DNA of 63,971 nt, filler included, from Choristocarpus tenellus KU-1152 (taxonomy: Eukaryota; Protista; Phaeophyceae): assembly GCA_964200185.2 (NCBI GenBank). It is 11 parts of 11 records of this genome, joined end to end, with 100 filler letters (N's around TTAATTAATTAA, not from the genome) between each part and the next. Parts side by side here need not be neighbours in the genome. Positions count along the whole stretch, not along the records: positions 26,861 to 31,343 come from CAXNAD020014353.1; positions 31,444 to 42,922 come from CAXNAD020002293.1; 9 more parts are not named here. One strand, 5' to 3'. A model generated the notes under the pieces. That model was not told the DNA's origin and searched no databases. It saw only the letters and a program-made list of their open reading frames with translations. Within the stretch, counting starts at the first letter, position 1. Each line of letters opens with the position of its first letter. Positions 26,861 through 39,325 of the stretch are shown here, in pieces. The position numbers were made by a program, and so were the translations under genes.

Positions 26861-28608
26861 ATACTTGACTAGGTCGTTGGGCAGTTGACATAGTGGATAT
26901 TGTCGAGGTAGGTGTGGGGGTCATGCTTCCTATGGCTACAGTGTCTAAGTTCCCTGGAGCTGAAGACTCCAGGGTGCACCCTCGGGGCAGCTCGGGAACT
27001 TCAGAATCGGTCGGGCTGCTTGTAAATAGTGGCGGAAACTCAAACTCCTGCATCGCGGCGAGGTAGTGCAAATGGGAATCTGTCAAGGCTACCATCGTAC
27101 TCGACTCGTTCGCTGAGGTAGTACTTGGCTTATGTTGGGAAAGATATGCAAAGTAACCCTTACGTACTACGGAGTCGTCGTGAGTATACCTGCACCTGGA
27201 ACCGATAGGCTTGAAGCACTCGCGACGAAAAGCATGATGGAAACAAACTCGATGTGCCTTGAGCCACTCGACAGCCTCATCTTGGGAAGCAGATGGTGGA
27301 GGTAAATCCTTACCCGAATGGTGTCGACCTGCATCGTTCACTCTGTCTGTGGTTATAGAGGACGTGGATCAGGGCACAGAGCGGGTGGCGGGTGTTGCTG
27401 GTCGAACGCGTGCGAATGCATTGCTCTTAGAAATGAATGTGGTCCCATGTTTCCCAGGAGCAGAGACAGGTTGGTTTGTCAATGCAGCACAGACAATCGG
27501 CTGGGGGTTTTGGGACAAAACAGGTTGGAGTATCGGTGCGAGGGCCGCCAGCACACTGTTGACAACCTCTTGGTATGGTGGTGGATTCTGACTTGGCACC
27601 TCCTGCGGCAAGGATGTCCTGCTATGTTGAGGTGGTTCCAGTTCCTGTCTGCCTATCGGGGTTTCAACTGGGGCAGACAAAGGGTCGGACACGCTTGCAA
27701 ACATAGCACGAGCATTAGCCACGCTACCTAAAGCAGTAGGTGTCCTATCTTTGGACGACGCAGGTTTTGTAGCATTTTGATTGATTGGGACAAATGCGTA
27801 CTGGTCGCTACGATTGGACAATTCTTCGATAAGATCGTCAAAGATCCGTTCTGCTTTAATTCCCCGCTGTACCATTTCATCCCCTAAAGGATTATTCTGG
27901 GAAATTGCCAGTGGGCGAATTTGATTCCGAATTTCCTTTCGAAATGAAAATGCCATCGACTGTACTCCAATCTGATCTAGAACATTGGGAAGAAGGATAG
28001 GAAGAGCTCATTCGCATAGATCAATGAGTTGATCTTCAGCTATATACCTCCAAAAGAAAGTTGTCGCAAACATGAGGCATCCGCGAATCTACGGTGTATG
28101 CTCGATAATGTAAGACAAGCCGGTTGGCTGCAGCTTTCCACAATTCCCCTCTCTCAGTCCTTAAAGAACTCATTGCGTTCTTTACGGCATTCTTCGTCTG
28201 ACTATACGAAAGAGTGCATTCTCTCACCAGGATACGAACCCACTCAGTTGCTGTCATGTCTCCCCGAGGAACCTGAAGGAGGTGTCTGGTGACGCTCGGG
28301 ACTTCCACTGTAGATGAGTCACTTAGGAGATCACTGTGGGTCCTAAGAGAGTCAGACAGTAGTTGCTCAAGAAGCTCAATGCGGAAAGGGGTAAGGGCAT
28401 CACTACGTGGATGTGATTTATTACGATAGTGGACACGATCTTTGGGTAAGGCCCACGATCCTCCTTGAACCCTCCCTAAGGCCTTGGTAAGAGCGTCAGC
28501 GAAAAAAACGGGGTTGTTTAACATGGTTGGGGCGGAGTTATCTGCAGGTACTCCAAGAAAGACGGGGTCGTGGGCAGGATCTCCGAGTTTCTTATGAATG
28601 CTTTCCAT
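26861..28608 (-). pseudogene. Degenerate gag-like polyprotein with a CCCH zinc finger (27245-27180)
   Basis: ORFs 28036-28608, 27369-27956 and 26861-27341; the last two are in frame across one TGA. Motif CFHHAFRRECFKPIGSRCRYTH = C-x8-C-x7-C-x3-H. Confidence 0.65.
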
Positions 28609-28894
28609 GGTTTAACACAATCTTGATGATAACGCATGTCAACATTGCAAGAGGCTTGGTCTGGCTGCTGCCTATCGGGTTGTGACTCATGCGACTCAGC
28701 TCATGTACGCAACTCATGAATTTCTCTTTGCAGCTCTGCCTCAACCTCTCTGGACCAACGTACCGTACTCAGGCTATTCCTTTGAGATGGTCTGGGTGAT
28801 GCAGACCTGTGTGAAGAATAATAATCACTGGTTCGACGGTGATGACGTGGTGAACAGGTGCAGCCTCTGCGTTCTTCTCTGGTCCTCCGTCCAT

Positions 28895-29143
28895 GAGCCA
28901 AAGTATCTTAGAGGGTAGAGCCGCGTCGCAAAAATCCAATGTTGCGATTTTGATGTAATTTTGGCTATCGTATTGTTAGGAAGTATCAATTCCCTTGTTC
29001 TGGACACCACTTCTCACAACATACACATTTTACCTACTCCCATACATTTTGGAGTAGGAAAATGTCATATAAAAACCCGTGGGAAGTCAAGAACCAAACG
29101 GACAAACAGGGCAAAACTCGTACCCTCTAAGATACTTTCACTC
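28895..29143 (+). mobile_element. MITE family A inserted in the LTR-element leader
   Basis: Full TIRs; perfect 4-bp TSD ccat. Confidence 0.92.
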
Positions 29144-29765
29144 CCATGTCGATGAGAGCGCCTGTCACGGGATCTCGACCTGGAGTGGGATCTGCCACGA
29201 GTGGAAGACCGAAAACGAACGTGCTCTCTGCGCCTGCCTCAACGTTCAGCAGCGTGGACACGGCTGCGACCAGAATTGCCTTGAGTTGAGGTACTGGGCT
29301 GGAGTCTCTCAGAACCATCGATTCCTTGGAGGGTCTGTAGGTCGGAGGCGACCTCAACTTCTCGTGAATACTGTGAGCCAGACATGTCTGTGGACCTGGG
29401 TATTAAAGGGCAAAATGGCAACCAAAAGAGAACAGAAAGGTGTGAGTAAAGGAACGCAGAACAATTGACTACCTAGGCAACGTCTCGACGATGGTGGTCA
29501 AAGACCACTCATTTCATGACTATAGGCGAATGATGTGGCGATCAGAGGCCATTCATTTTACGGCTATAGAAGGGCGATTCCCTCAGATCCACAGAAGCCC
29601 TCAGACCCATGAAGACGACGAGTCCAAGAAGGGAATCCTGTAGACGACAAATGAAGACCATAAGCCCAAGTGGGAAGAGAAAAGAATCCAGGTGGACGTA
29701 GGAAGCTACAAAGAATCCTAAGTGTTGAGGTAAACTATGAGTATTCCCTCCAGTTTGAAGAGAGG

Positions 29766-29779
29766 CGGTAGGACCTCCA
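29766..29779 (-). promoter_or_regulatory. Primer-binding site complementary to the tRNA-Gln 3' end
   Basis: The + strand reads CGGTAGGACCTCCA, matching the typical eukaryotic tRNA-Gln 3' end (..CUCGGURGRACCU-CCA). Confidence 0.7.
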
Positions 29780-30419
29780 TGTTACAGGCGCCCCTCAGAA
29801 CTCACCTCCAGAGGATGTACAACTCAAATCCAACAACCTTAAAACGACGCTATAGGGGCGTTGCCTTTTACAACAGTTTGTTGGGTGTCAGTTAGCCTTC
29901 TCTTGATACTACACTCAGTGCTTAGCTCAAGCTTGACTCAATGTTTCGTACAAAAGATAAGACTGGCATAAGAGGGGTAAACATGTTTCCACTAAAAGCC
30001 CTCTTATTATTTTCATCATCCACCCAATTTCATTGGTCTTCAATCAACTGCTCTATAGGTACTCCAATCATAAACCTTTATTCTTCAACTTCTTCGTGAC
30101 TTTGACATTTTCTTCTGTAATGTTATGTAGGTATTCCGAATATTACTCTGCATCTTCTACGTAATCATTTCTTCTGTAAGGCTACCTATGTGTTACTAAT
30201 ATCGTATATAGTTCGTACTTGTCACAACTCGAGAAACAATCCTCACACTATAAGTCTGTCACAAATGTTCGTATTTCCTAAAACATGAGGAAAAAATGCT
30301 CGCGCTATTCGCGTGTAACAAATGCTCGCAATTCGTTAGAACACAAGAAGAAACAATTGCATTATTCGCCGGTAACAGAAGCATCCCACTAATCTAATAA
30401 ACCCCTCATTACCCATCTC

Positions 30420-30880
30420 CCTGGTGACTCCAGCTTTAAACGCATGACCCGTCTAGATAGGGCTACTTGCGTTGTGACTGAGACTATCTGGCGTGGGCGG
30501 GATTTTATGACACCTTTTCTCCTGTCGCCTCCAGTTCCTCTCCCCCCTACCGCGTGTGTAGCTAGCTCATCCAGGAAACGTTCCACTTGCTTGCCGAGGC
30601 GCCCAAAAATTTCCACTGATAATAAGGTGTTGAAGTTATAACTGCGAGGGTCAAAAGAACCTTCGTAATGGGTGTGCTTTCACATCTCAGCTGCAGCAGC
30701 AGCTACACCATTGCTGGTGGAAGGGTGTGGGAGGTGGGAGGTTACCTGTACTTCCGCAAATGTAGCACCGAGTAAAAGGCCTTTGTCCAAGTAGGGGGCT
30801 GATCCTGCGTCTGCAAGGGCCCCTGCATGGAAGCCTAGATCCATGCGGAAATTCTTGTCGACTGTGAAGGGGCGCTACCA
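30420..30880 (-). mobile_element. CRE-like non-LTR retrotransposon C-terminal (REL endonuclease) remnant
   Basis: MDL.FPAGAL..KGLLL.ATFA..AAAAAEM.KH.HYEGSFDPRSY....VEIFGRLGKQVERFLDELATHAVGG..RQIVSVTTQVALSRRV, a restriction-like endonuclease tail as in brown-algal CRE-type elements. Confidence 0.7.
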
Positions 30881-32714
30881 TACTATAATTTGTTTGGCGA
30901 AGATGTTACATTAGCAAGGTATGTGTAAGCTGGTACTATGTCTCGATGTACGTTTTGTTTGTAGTAGTGTTCAGATAATAATAATATGAATAACAATGAA
31001 AATGGCGTTCTCTGCCCTATACCTTTTCCAGACGGTTTCAGTGTATATATTATTATACACCGATTGACATTTTGCTGAAATTTGAGGTGGGTTAAGAGGA
31101 GGAGAAATATCAAAATAATCTAGGAACCACAAGAACTTCTCCAACAACATTAGTTGTGGTTTCCAATATACTCTTTGCTCTGTACTAGAGGTGCAACGGT
31201 GTTACTTTTTATTGTTCCCTACGACGAACAACAACAGGTGTTCACGCTGCTATCTCTTACAAACGGTCCCAGCAGCATGCCTTGATCGGCTATGTAGCTG
31301 CAATCCACAAGCCTCTAGGCTAATGATGGGACTCACAGACCCCNNNNNNNNNNNNNNNNNNNNNNNNNNNNNNNNNNNNNNNNNNNNTTAATTAATTAAN
31401 NNNNNNNNNNNNNNNNNNNNNNNNNNNNNNNNNNNNNNNNNNNTTCACCACTATCAAATATTGTACTACTGTCGTCCTTATCTTCCCATCTACCTATTCC
31501 TGTGCCCCTGGGGGGGCATGCCCACTATCTGGGGGGGCATGCCCACTATCATTTTGCAAAGGTTTTCACATGTACAAATGAAACACTTATTATGAAGGGA
31601 AGAAACAACAAAGTAACAACAATCGAGTCTGTAATCGAAGTAACACATTGGGTACAAAGTTAACAGTAGCTTGGACAACAAAACACTCGACACTATGTTA
31701 TGTCCGTAACACTGAACGAAAATATATGCAACACTATCCTTAGTGCCCGTAACACTCCAGTCCAAAACTTATACTTTGTTACCATGTTAGTGCAACACAC
31801 GTTATGCCATAACACAAAATGTAATGTTATGACTGTGTTATGATGAAATATAGTGTTACGACTTAGCAATCTCCCACGCGTTGCGATAGCATCCCATCAT
31901 GTTGTGCTGTGACATAACATTTACAAGTTATTCGAGTGAAAGAAGAGGAGATATCGCATTGCTTATCGAGAGACTTGACAAGAACGAAGTCTCTCTCAAT
32001 GTTTTTTCGACCATACTCTGTTTCTATTTCAATTGTTGTATGGTGATGACTTTCGTATGTATTGGAAAATCTCGATGGTCTATCATTTTCTTTCGTTGAT
32101 GTTACGAATCTCCTATACATACTCCTCAACTATACAACTACACTCGCCACATTGATAATCCATAACACAAAATGTCATGTTGAAAACAAAGTGTTGTGTC
32201 GTAACACGAAATGTTCCGATATCTCGATGATTTTTCAGTGCAAAATTGTTCCAGCCTAAGATGTAACATATGCCATTTTGTGATACGACATAATGTATGT
32301 TACATCGAAAGGGCAACACTATGTTTCGCCTGCAACAATGACGAATAGCAACAATGACGAATAAAGTATATGCAACAATCCATAGCGCCCTTAATACCTC
32401 CAGACCAAATCATGCGTAACACACATGTTACGTACAACACAGTTTGCGATGTTACAATAGTGCGATATTGTCCAGAGGTGTGGAATACAACAAACGCAAC
32501 AAATAATGCTGAAAATAGAGGTTCATCGCATGCACCAACAAGACTGGCAGTGTATTCTGAAAACAAGAAAACAAGAAATCTACTAAAACAACTATTATAG
32601 TTGAAACTGATCCTAGATTGCGATTTATGAAGGCGGTCAAGAACCAAGGGAGGAATCCCACGAATCAGTCAAGCCCCACCTAGCCCACCAACCCATTATC
32701 TCATTTTTTGAAAG

Positions 32715-32910
32715 CCTTAGACGTCTGGAGACTGCTATTTGAGCAGGGCTTACAGACGCAATTTGTTGCAGGTGTGCCTTCACTGCTCCCTTCTGACTAG
32801 AGCCGTCCATCCCCTACCACCCACAACACGAGTTGCTAGTTCATCCAGAAATTGCTCTTCCTGTGGGCCTAGGCACCTGGATCTTTCCACTTGAAGGTGT
32901 TGAGGTTATT
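32715..32910 (-). mobile_element. Second short CRE-like remnant
   Basis: Resembles 30440-30640 (GCTAGTTCATCCAGAAATTG.. vs GCTAGCTCATCCAGGAAACG..). Confidence 0.5.
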
Positions 32911-35594
32911 ATGTGTAGCTATCTTGCATACTATTACTATGTGGAACATTATTAATGTGATACCCATCTCCCTCGAAGTGGATTATGGTAACTGTCGTAA
33001 GATGTCACCCCACCAAAAAAGGAGTATAACAGAACAGGTTCTCCACCAAAATACACACACACACACACACATGTATTACATTAACCATCTCAGTCATTTC
33101 ATCACCGACACCGCCTCCACCGCACACATACAACGGAACAGATATCACATCTAAAGATTTAGCAGCACAACAACAGTATCGCCAGATCACATCGATTACA
33201 TTACCACATTTGAATATCTCAATAATAGGGCCCCAAATTTCAAGGTTGAGAGAATCACGAAAAATATGTGTGGAGGTTGTCTCTTTTAGATCATAGAAGG
33301 CAGGACCCAAACAGGGAGTGTCTTCCAAATCATTGCAATAGTGTATGTGTATGTGTGCACTATGTGTATATACAACTGTTAGAACTTCCTAGTGTGTGTT
33401 TGAGAGGAGGGTGGATTTGCTAGAGTAAAAAAACCCATATTTTTTAAGATACCTACAAAATCACCTCTATTTTAAATATGTTAGCAGTTGCTATGTCAAT
33501 GTTTCCCTCCAAGTTCGATGAAACACCATATTTTTGTTCTCACTATTTGTACTTTAGTTGTTGTGTGCTCGAGTTTGATCATCGTTCACTGTTGGGTTGA
33601 GTGCGTCGGAATTAAGATAGCAAGAAAATCACGCAGTTTTGTTAAAGTCGGAAAGAAGTGAGTGTTAACCTTTTTGAAAGATGCATGATCTTGTCCTACA
33701 GATAGTTAATCACTTGGTGCTCCGAATTATACGCCGATCGATACTCACGTGGATAGTTTTGCATTACTTCGAGATAACAGTCACACGACTGATTGTGGAA
33801 CTGGTGACGTATGGAAGGACCTGGCAACATGACCACCAAGACAACATATATGGAGCCACTACTACTGTTCTGCTTAGTTCAATCAAGGTTTGGAGAATGG
33901 AACTGCACGGAGTAGCAGGTCGTTAGTTGTAGGGGCCTCGGGGCCAAAAAGTATTGTTGGACTCTGATGGAACCTGAGTGGCATGTACGTAGCAGTGTAC
34001 AGCAAGTTGGCTCAACTAGATGTGTTTGTATAGAGATGCAATGCAGTGGGTCATCACAAGCAAAGTAACATCTGTACGGAGGAGATTTACTTCCTTATAC
34101 ATGACTCAGCCACTGTTCACTTTGCACATGGACAAGAGATAGATGAACTATGAATGCTACGACTATGGCTACACAACAAGAGGAAATATCCTTAGCCATA
34201 AAAGGGTTTCTTGCACAAGTGAGCTACACTGGGAACTAACTTGGGAAGTAAATAGGGACAAATGCAATCAAGCTCTGTTATATATATGTATATATGAAGG
34301 GTCTTCACACACAGTGTGGTGGACAGCTTGTCCTTGGGTTTGGGTATCACAAGGAGAAATATATTGTAGACAGTGTTACAGAAACGGATGCTGGGCCAAG
34401 TATGCTCTGCTCCTTTGTGCTCCCAGCGGCTCTCAAATGGTAACTCAAAATTAAGCTGGTTACAGGCCATTAGTACTTTGGAGTAAGATTGCGATCACAC
34501 TAGTTCATGCACAATGGAACCTCTTTCATCTGTGAATAGATACTCAGGAGCAAGCCAGTTCGAATGTCGATCACCTCCGTGATACTCAAAAGCAGCATCT
34601 GAGAAGGAATGTACATGAGAGCGATCAAAGGAGGCCTACAGCAACAACAGACAGAAGGAAAAAGATATAACATACACCCTTCACCTTCCAACATATTGCC
34701 ATACATACTTTCATAGCCAGGGCAAAGGAGGGAGGTATCACCATGCCTCCTTACTATTCACTACCAAATACAAACCCCACCAAACATAAGGTTTTATATC
34801 AACTTACTACCTAATTTGAAACTCACATGATGTAGAGACCACAACAATACATCAGTGTACAACTCACAACAGTACATGGCCTAGGTGGTGCCTTGGTGTT
34901 CTGTCAAGTACCCTCTGACTATCAAAGTAGGCTCAACAACACACTCAGGAGCACACAATACATAGAATCCTACACTGCAGACAACGAATTTTCAAACCTC
35001 CATGGCGGCAGCAAGAGGGGGCCAACCAAAGCTCAATTAGGCAAGGCCAAGGTGGAATACCTGTGGGGTCAGACTTTATCATTTCATCCACAGTCCAATA
35101 GAGTTTACAAAAAATATTGATCTCTTGACCCTTCCGAAAAAACAAACAAACATCCACACAAATTGTGCATCTAATACACAAACACACACGTACGCACACA
35201 TACACAAATGAATGTAACACCAAATTTAGCTTACAACATCCATGTTTGCAACATGTGCAAAGTTTTAAGGGAAAAAGAAAGATATTCTTCAGCAGCTACC
35301 GCCTGCCAAAGCAATGCACATCTCATTGATCCAAGCAACACACACTGGACACCATGGCATGGCATCAGGGAGTAATCTGCTGTGGCAATCGACCAAACCA
35401 CAGAAGTCGTAGGCCCCAACTCCAGAGCACCAAGAGCGCAAGCCCCAATAAGCCTTAGGCAGGGGATCACCATTGTCTAGCAATGCCCCACTACAGAGAA
35501 CACATTGCTCATCACTAATGACCACAGTGTGACTACCTATGCATCGCAAAAGCTCAGTATGGAGTACATTGGGGCGAAGTAGTTATATTCTCCG

Positions 35595-38500
35595 TCAACT
35601 AGAAGCTGTGCCATAGAACCTTTTGGCCATTCGCGTATACTGCTCTTTGAACAAAAACATCAGTACCTGGAGAAGCCAAGCAGGGATGGAGGGGGGTAGG
35701 GGGTAGGCAAGGAAGGTTGCGGCATGATCCATCCGCAGATTGATCGTGTAAGACACAAATCAGTCACTACACTTGTCTTATCCACCTAAAACACCAATTG
35801 CGAGAAACCCTATTAAATGCAACTGTGCAATGAACACAAGACATAGGAGACATGAACCTTTGTGCCTTTGTTGCACTCAAGACGTGAGCTTACCAGACAT
35901 AAGGCACAGAACTAAAACACACATGCCAGGGTGTGTTTTGGCCCCACCACACAAAAAAACATACAAACATACACACCCGTAGGTGTGTGAATGTCAAGAA
36001 ACGCATGCCTCATCTCTCATGTGCTGTAATGAAAACGTATATGTGGAGTGAGTTAAGAATACAGAGGACATTGGTCGTGAGACTCAAATGGGAAACCTAC
36101 TGGATTAGGTGCACTGATAACACACACGTAGGGAGGAAGAGAAAGGGGGGAGGATAGGCCCTCGGATTTGCACTGCCTCTTCACCTCATCTCTACTTCCT
36201 CTGACAGTATTTGGCACGGACACCTACTTAGGACGAGAAATGACTTTTAGGTACAATCTCATCAGAGCAAGAAACTATCGATACCACATTCAGCGCAGGT
36301 GCTGTTTACATCAAATGAGCAAAAAAGGGAGGCAGTTACGGAACGCAGACAAACCCTCCCACAATCTTTTCTATCAAGACAAAAGCCTACCGTGTGTCCT
36401 CCAGATCTTGCAAAGTAGGGTGTGAAGCCCTTCCATAGGCCAGTGAACCCTTTGTCCTTCACAATGGATGCTATCGTTTTCAGCATAGACGTGTACCTGG
36501 GATCCTTGGACCCATCTTTTTGACTCTGCATTACTGTCTTTGCTGTGTCCTTCAACCAACAAGGTTACGGGGTAAGGGAGTCAAGGTCAAGCTAAGGTCA
36601 ATCGAAGAAAGAACTTACAGCTGTTACTAGATAATGTAGTTACGAGAGTGATCAGTAGTTACTGGAGGGCAGTTGTCGTAATTGCAGAATTACTTGACAT
36701 TACCCCCCTTATTGTCCAAGCGATGGGAACTTCCTATTACTGTTGTTGTACAACATAGTTTTAAGGGTGGAGGCAGTACAATAGAATACATAGTCCCACT
36801 GTTAGACAGATGGAGCAGACACAGGCCTTCCTCGGTCACAATGTAAGATTTTATGTGTCACAAAAATGGTCCGTGGTTGGTGATTGGGTCAGCACTCTTC
36901 ATAGCGATGATAAATCATAGGGAGAAGCATCAATCAATACCTGATCATAATTCACTGCACAACTAGACAACTGTAAGCTGTAAGGAGTCTAATTTCTGCA
37001 CACACAACACACCCCAGAAGGAGGCGAACAACAGTCAAAACTATGGAGTAGGAAGTTCACTCTCAAGACAGAATCGGAGAGGCATGAACAAGTAAGCTTT
37101 ACCAGCGGGAGAGATGCGTAAGAGTAGATCACAGCAGCACAAAGGGCAGAGGCGAGGTGGGTGCAGGTGTTATCTCCCAGGAAGGGTGTAATCATCGTCT
37201 TGGCCTGGTCGTACGTGCCAAGCTGGGTCATTGAGACAACCATGGCTCGGCTCACTTTTGTTCCATCCCATGCAAACACAAAGAACAAAAAAGAGAAAGG
37301 CATGATGAGCTCCATTGGTCAGCAAGGGGATGAGGACGGGGATGCTTGGGAAGAATGGCATAGCTGGAGGGAAAGGCTCACATTTCATTGACCATGGTGT
37401 CATACCACCCACCCCACTTACCTGTGGGGGTTGCACCACGCCAGTAGTTATGCAAGCCTTCCTCACGCGCAATGCGGACAAGTGCATCTCCAACATGTTT
37501 GTATCCCATCCGTTCAGCGGGTGGCAGGCGAGCATCCCCCTGCATTCGCACCATACACACCTGCACAATGAGGACAGAGGGACCTGGTCAAGGGCTCACA
37601 GGGTAGGGTGGAGTACATGTAGGACAAGGCTCAGGGGTTTTAGGGGATGAGTGAGGTTTTCAGCAGTTAAACTGAGGGAGGCCCTTGTTCTCTATTAGGA
37701 AAAAATCAGTTTCGTTAGCTTGCCTGTAAATGCTTTGCCAAGGCAAGCCCTACATAGTATTAGCTCTTCCTTGTGTGATGTCTCAACTAAGCTGAGCAGA
37801 AGGTGTGCGATTGAAAGTGCACTCTTAGTGACTCTGCTTCCTTCGCCTTCCAAAATCTAGTACCGGTAGAGGATGCTGCTGTGCCCCCTTCCATTTATAA
37901 ACTGACCTTGAAACATACTACCTTTTGCTTGTGCTGCTAGAAATGAGGAGGTGAATGGTCGTCAAAAACAAGCCCTGGCGATTCTTGTCTAACTTATCAC
38001 ACCTCTACGGGGCAGGACATGAATGACGCAATCCCTCCTGCAGCAAGTCCCACCCCAGCCCTGTGTAGCACGTTCACATCAGCAGGCTTAACTTTTGCAC
38101 CCACAACGTGATCCTGTGCAACGAGAAATAAAAGATTTAGGGATTGAAGTCACTCGCGTTGCCTTAGACCTGGCTCCAGGCTATGGAAACCCAGAAAGAC
38201 GGACTGCTGGTTAGAGCTCCTCAACATATCAATAAAATGATGCCAAAGTTTACGCCCAAGCCATACCAAAGTTAATCTCAGTCGTAAAATCGTCCCAACC
38301 TCTCCAGTGGTGGTCCCGAACCTGGAAAAACAAATGGAACCGACGTCAGAACTAACCCGTAAAAAATCGTAAAGTCCGAGTCGAAGTGTGGTGTAGACCG
38401 CCTGTCTTGTGATGGCTGCACTCAGTCCTGCATAAAGACCAGGAAAGCCCCTCTCCTGAAATACTACCTTAAGTGCAGCCATGGGTTTCTTACCGCCATC

Positions 38501-39045
38501 CCCAAGCTGCATACGTACCTGGTGGAGGGTTGTGGGGTTGGTACAACTGTAACACATATTTGTCAGGATTGGTAAAAAAAGTACACGTTGCTGGTCCATA
38601 CAATGTAAAGGTGTGCATCCATGCTAGCTGATACAATGTGAAAGCGTGCTTTCAAATGTAGATATCCATGCTCTGGCTTTCAAGATGGGTGGGAAAATAG
38701 AGCAAGTGCAAGGTTGCCGTACTCTCGGAAATGCGATCAACACATGGTATTGGTAGAACACATGCTCTTATAAGGCTTACCCCGTCTTCATCAGACCAGA
38801 TAAAGACGTTGCCATGAATTCCATTCTTCCTACATCGCACCAAACAACGCGTCACTGCTCGTGTCCTTGATCATCTGCAATAGAAACAAACCCTCAACCA
38901 TAATCTCAACAACCTTAAGGACGTCCATTGGGTGAACGAAAAGCCAGGCAGAGATACCACTAGCACCGGCCACGGTGAAGGTTGCATATGTTGGGATGCA
39001 TCCCTTTTTGGGAGGAGGTTCGCTCTGTCCTACACTGGAAGACAT
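35595..39045 (-). CDS. Mitochondrial 2-oxoglutarate/malate (dicarboxylate) carrier, SLC25A11/DTC-like, complete, 308 aa; exons 39045-38914, 38518-38357, 38113-38003, 37560-37422, 37254-37103, 36549-36391, 35666-35595
   Basis: Seven GT-AG exons total 927 nt from ATG to TGA. Three carrier signatures (PMDVLKVR, PVEVCMVR, PLDTAKTV) plus OGC-type motifs GLSAAITRQAVYTTLRLG, RMQGDARLP..R.GY and GLWKGFTPYFAR. Confidence 0.93.
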
Positions 39046-39325
39046 CACTACTGTACACGATCTCTACTACTAGTATTGCATGAGGAACAACGATGAAGCC
39101 TTTCTGGTTGAGTAGTGTACGGTCGGATGGTCGGTCGCCGGTGTTCCGTTTCAGACTTGAATAGAAGTATAATAAATCGTATAGTATGTGGAGATGGTAA
39201 CTAACCCTACACAATAGGCAACGAAATGCAACGCGGTATCTGTACTGGAACAGATCGACTGAGGGCTTCCGGGATTCCTTGCTGTACTGAAAAGAAAAGG
39301 AAGATAGGAATACGTATTTGAGAAT
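39046..39325. promoter_or_regulatory. Putative bidirectional promoter (280 bp between divergent ATGs)
   Basis: Carrier ATG at 39045 (-) and GRAM-gene ATG at 39326 (+). Confidence 0.55.

Larger units (their letters stand above)
26861..30377 (-). mobile_element. LTR retrotransposon, 5' part: LTR 30377-29780, PBS 29779-29766, gag-like region 28608-26861 (runs off the contig)
   Basis: 598-bp LTR bounded by perfect TGTTAC...GTAACA, with related copies at 43.9-44.4 kb and 56.7 kb. PBS TGGAGGTCCTACCG abuts the LTR. Three gag-like ORFs follow, broken by a frameshift and in-frame stops. Confidence 0.8.

Noticed and set aside
31700-32480. TAACA/TGTTA-rich region suggesting a foldback element
   Set aside because: No defined termini or alignable inverted arms could be established by eye.
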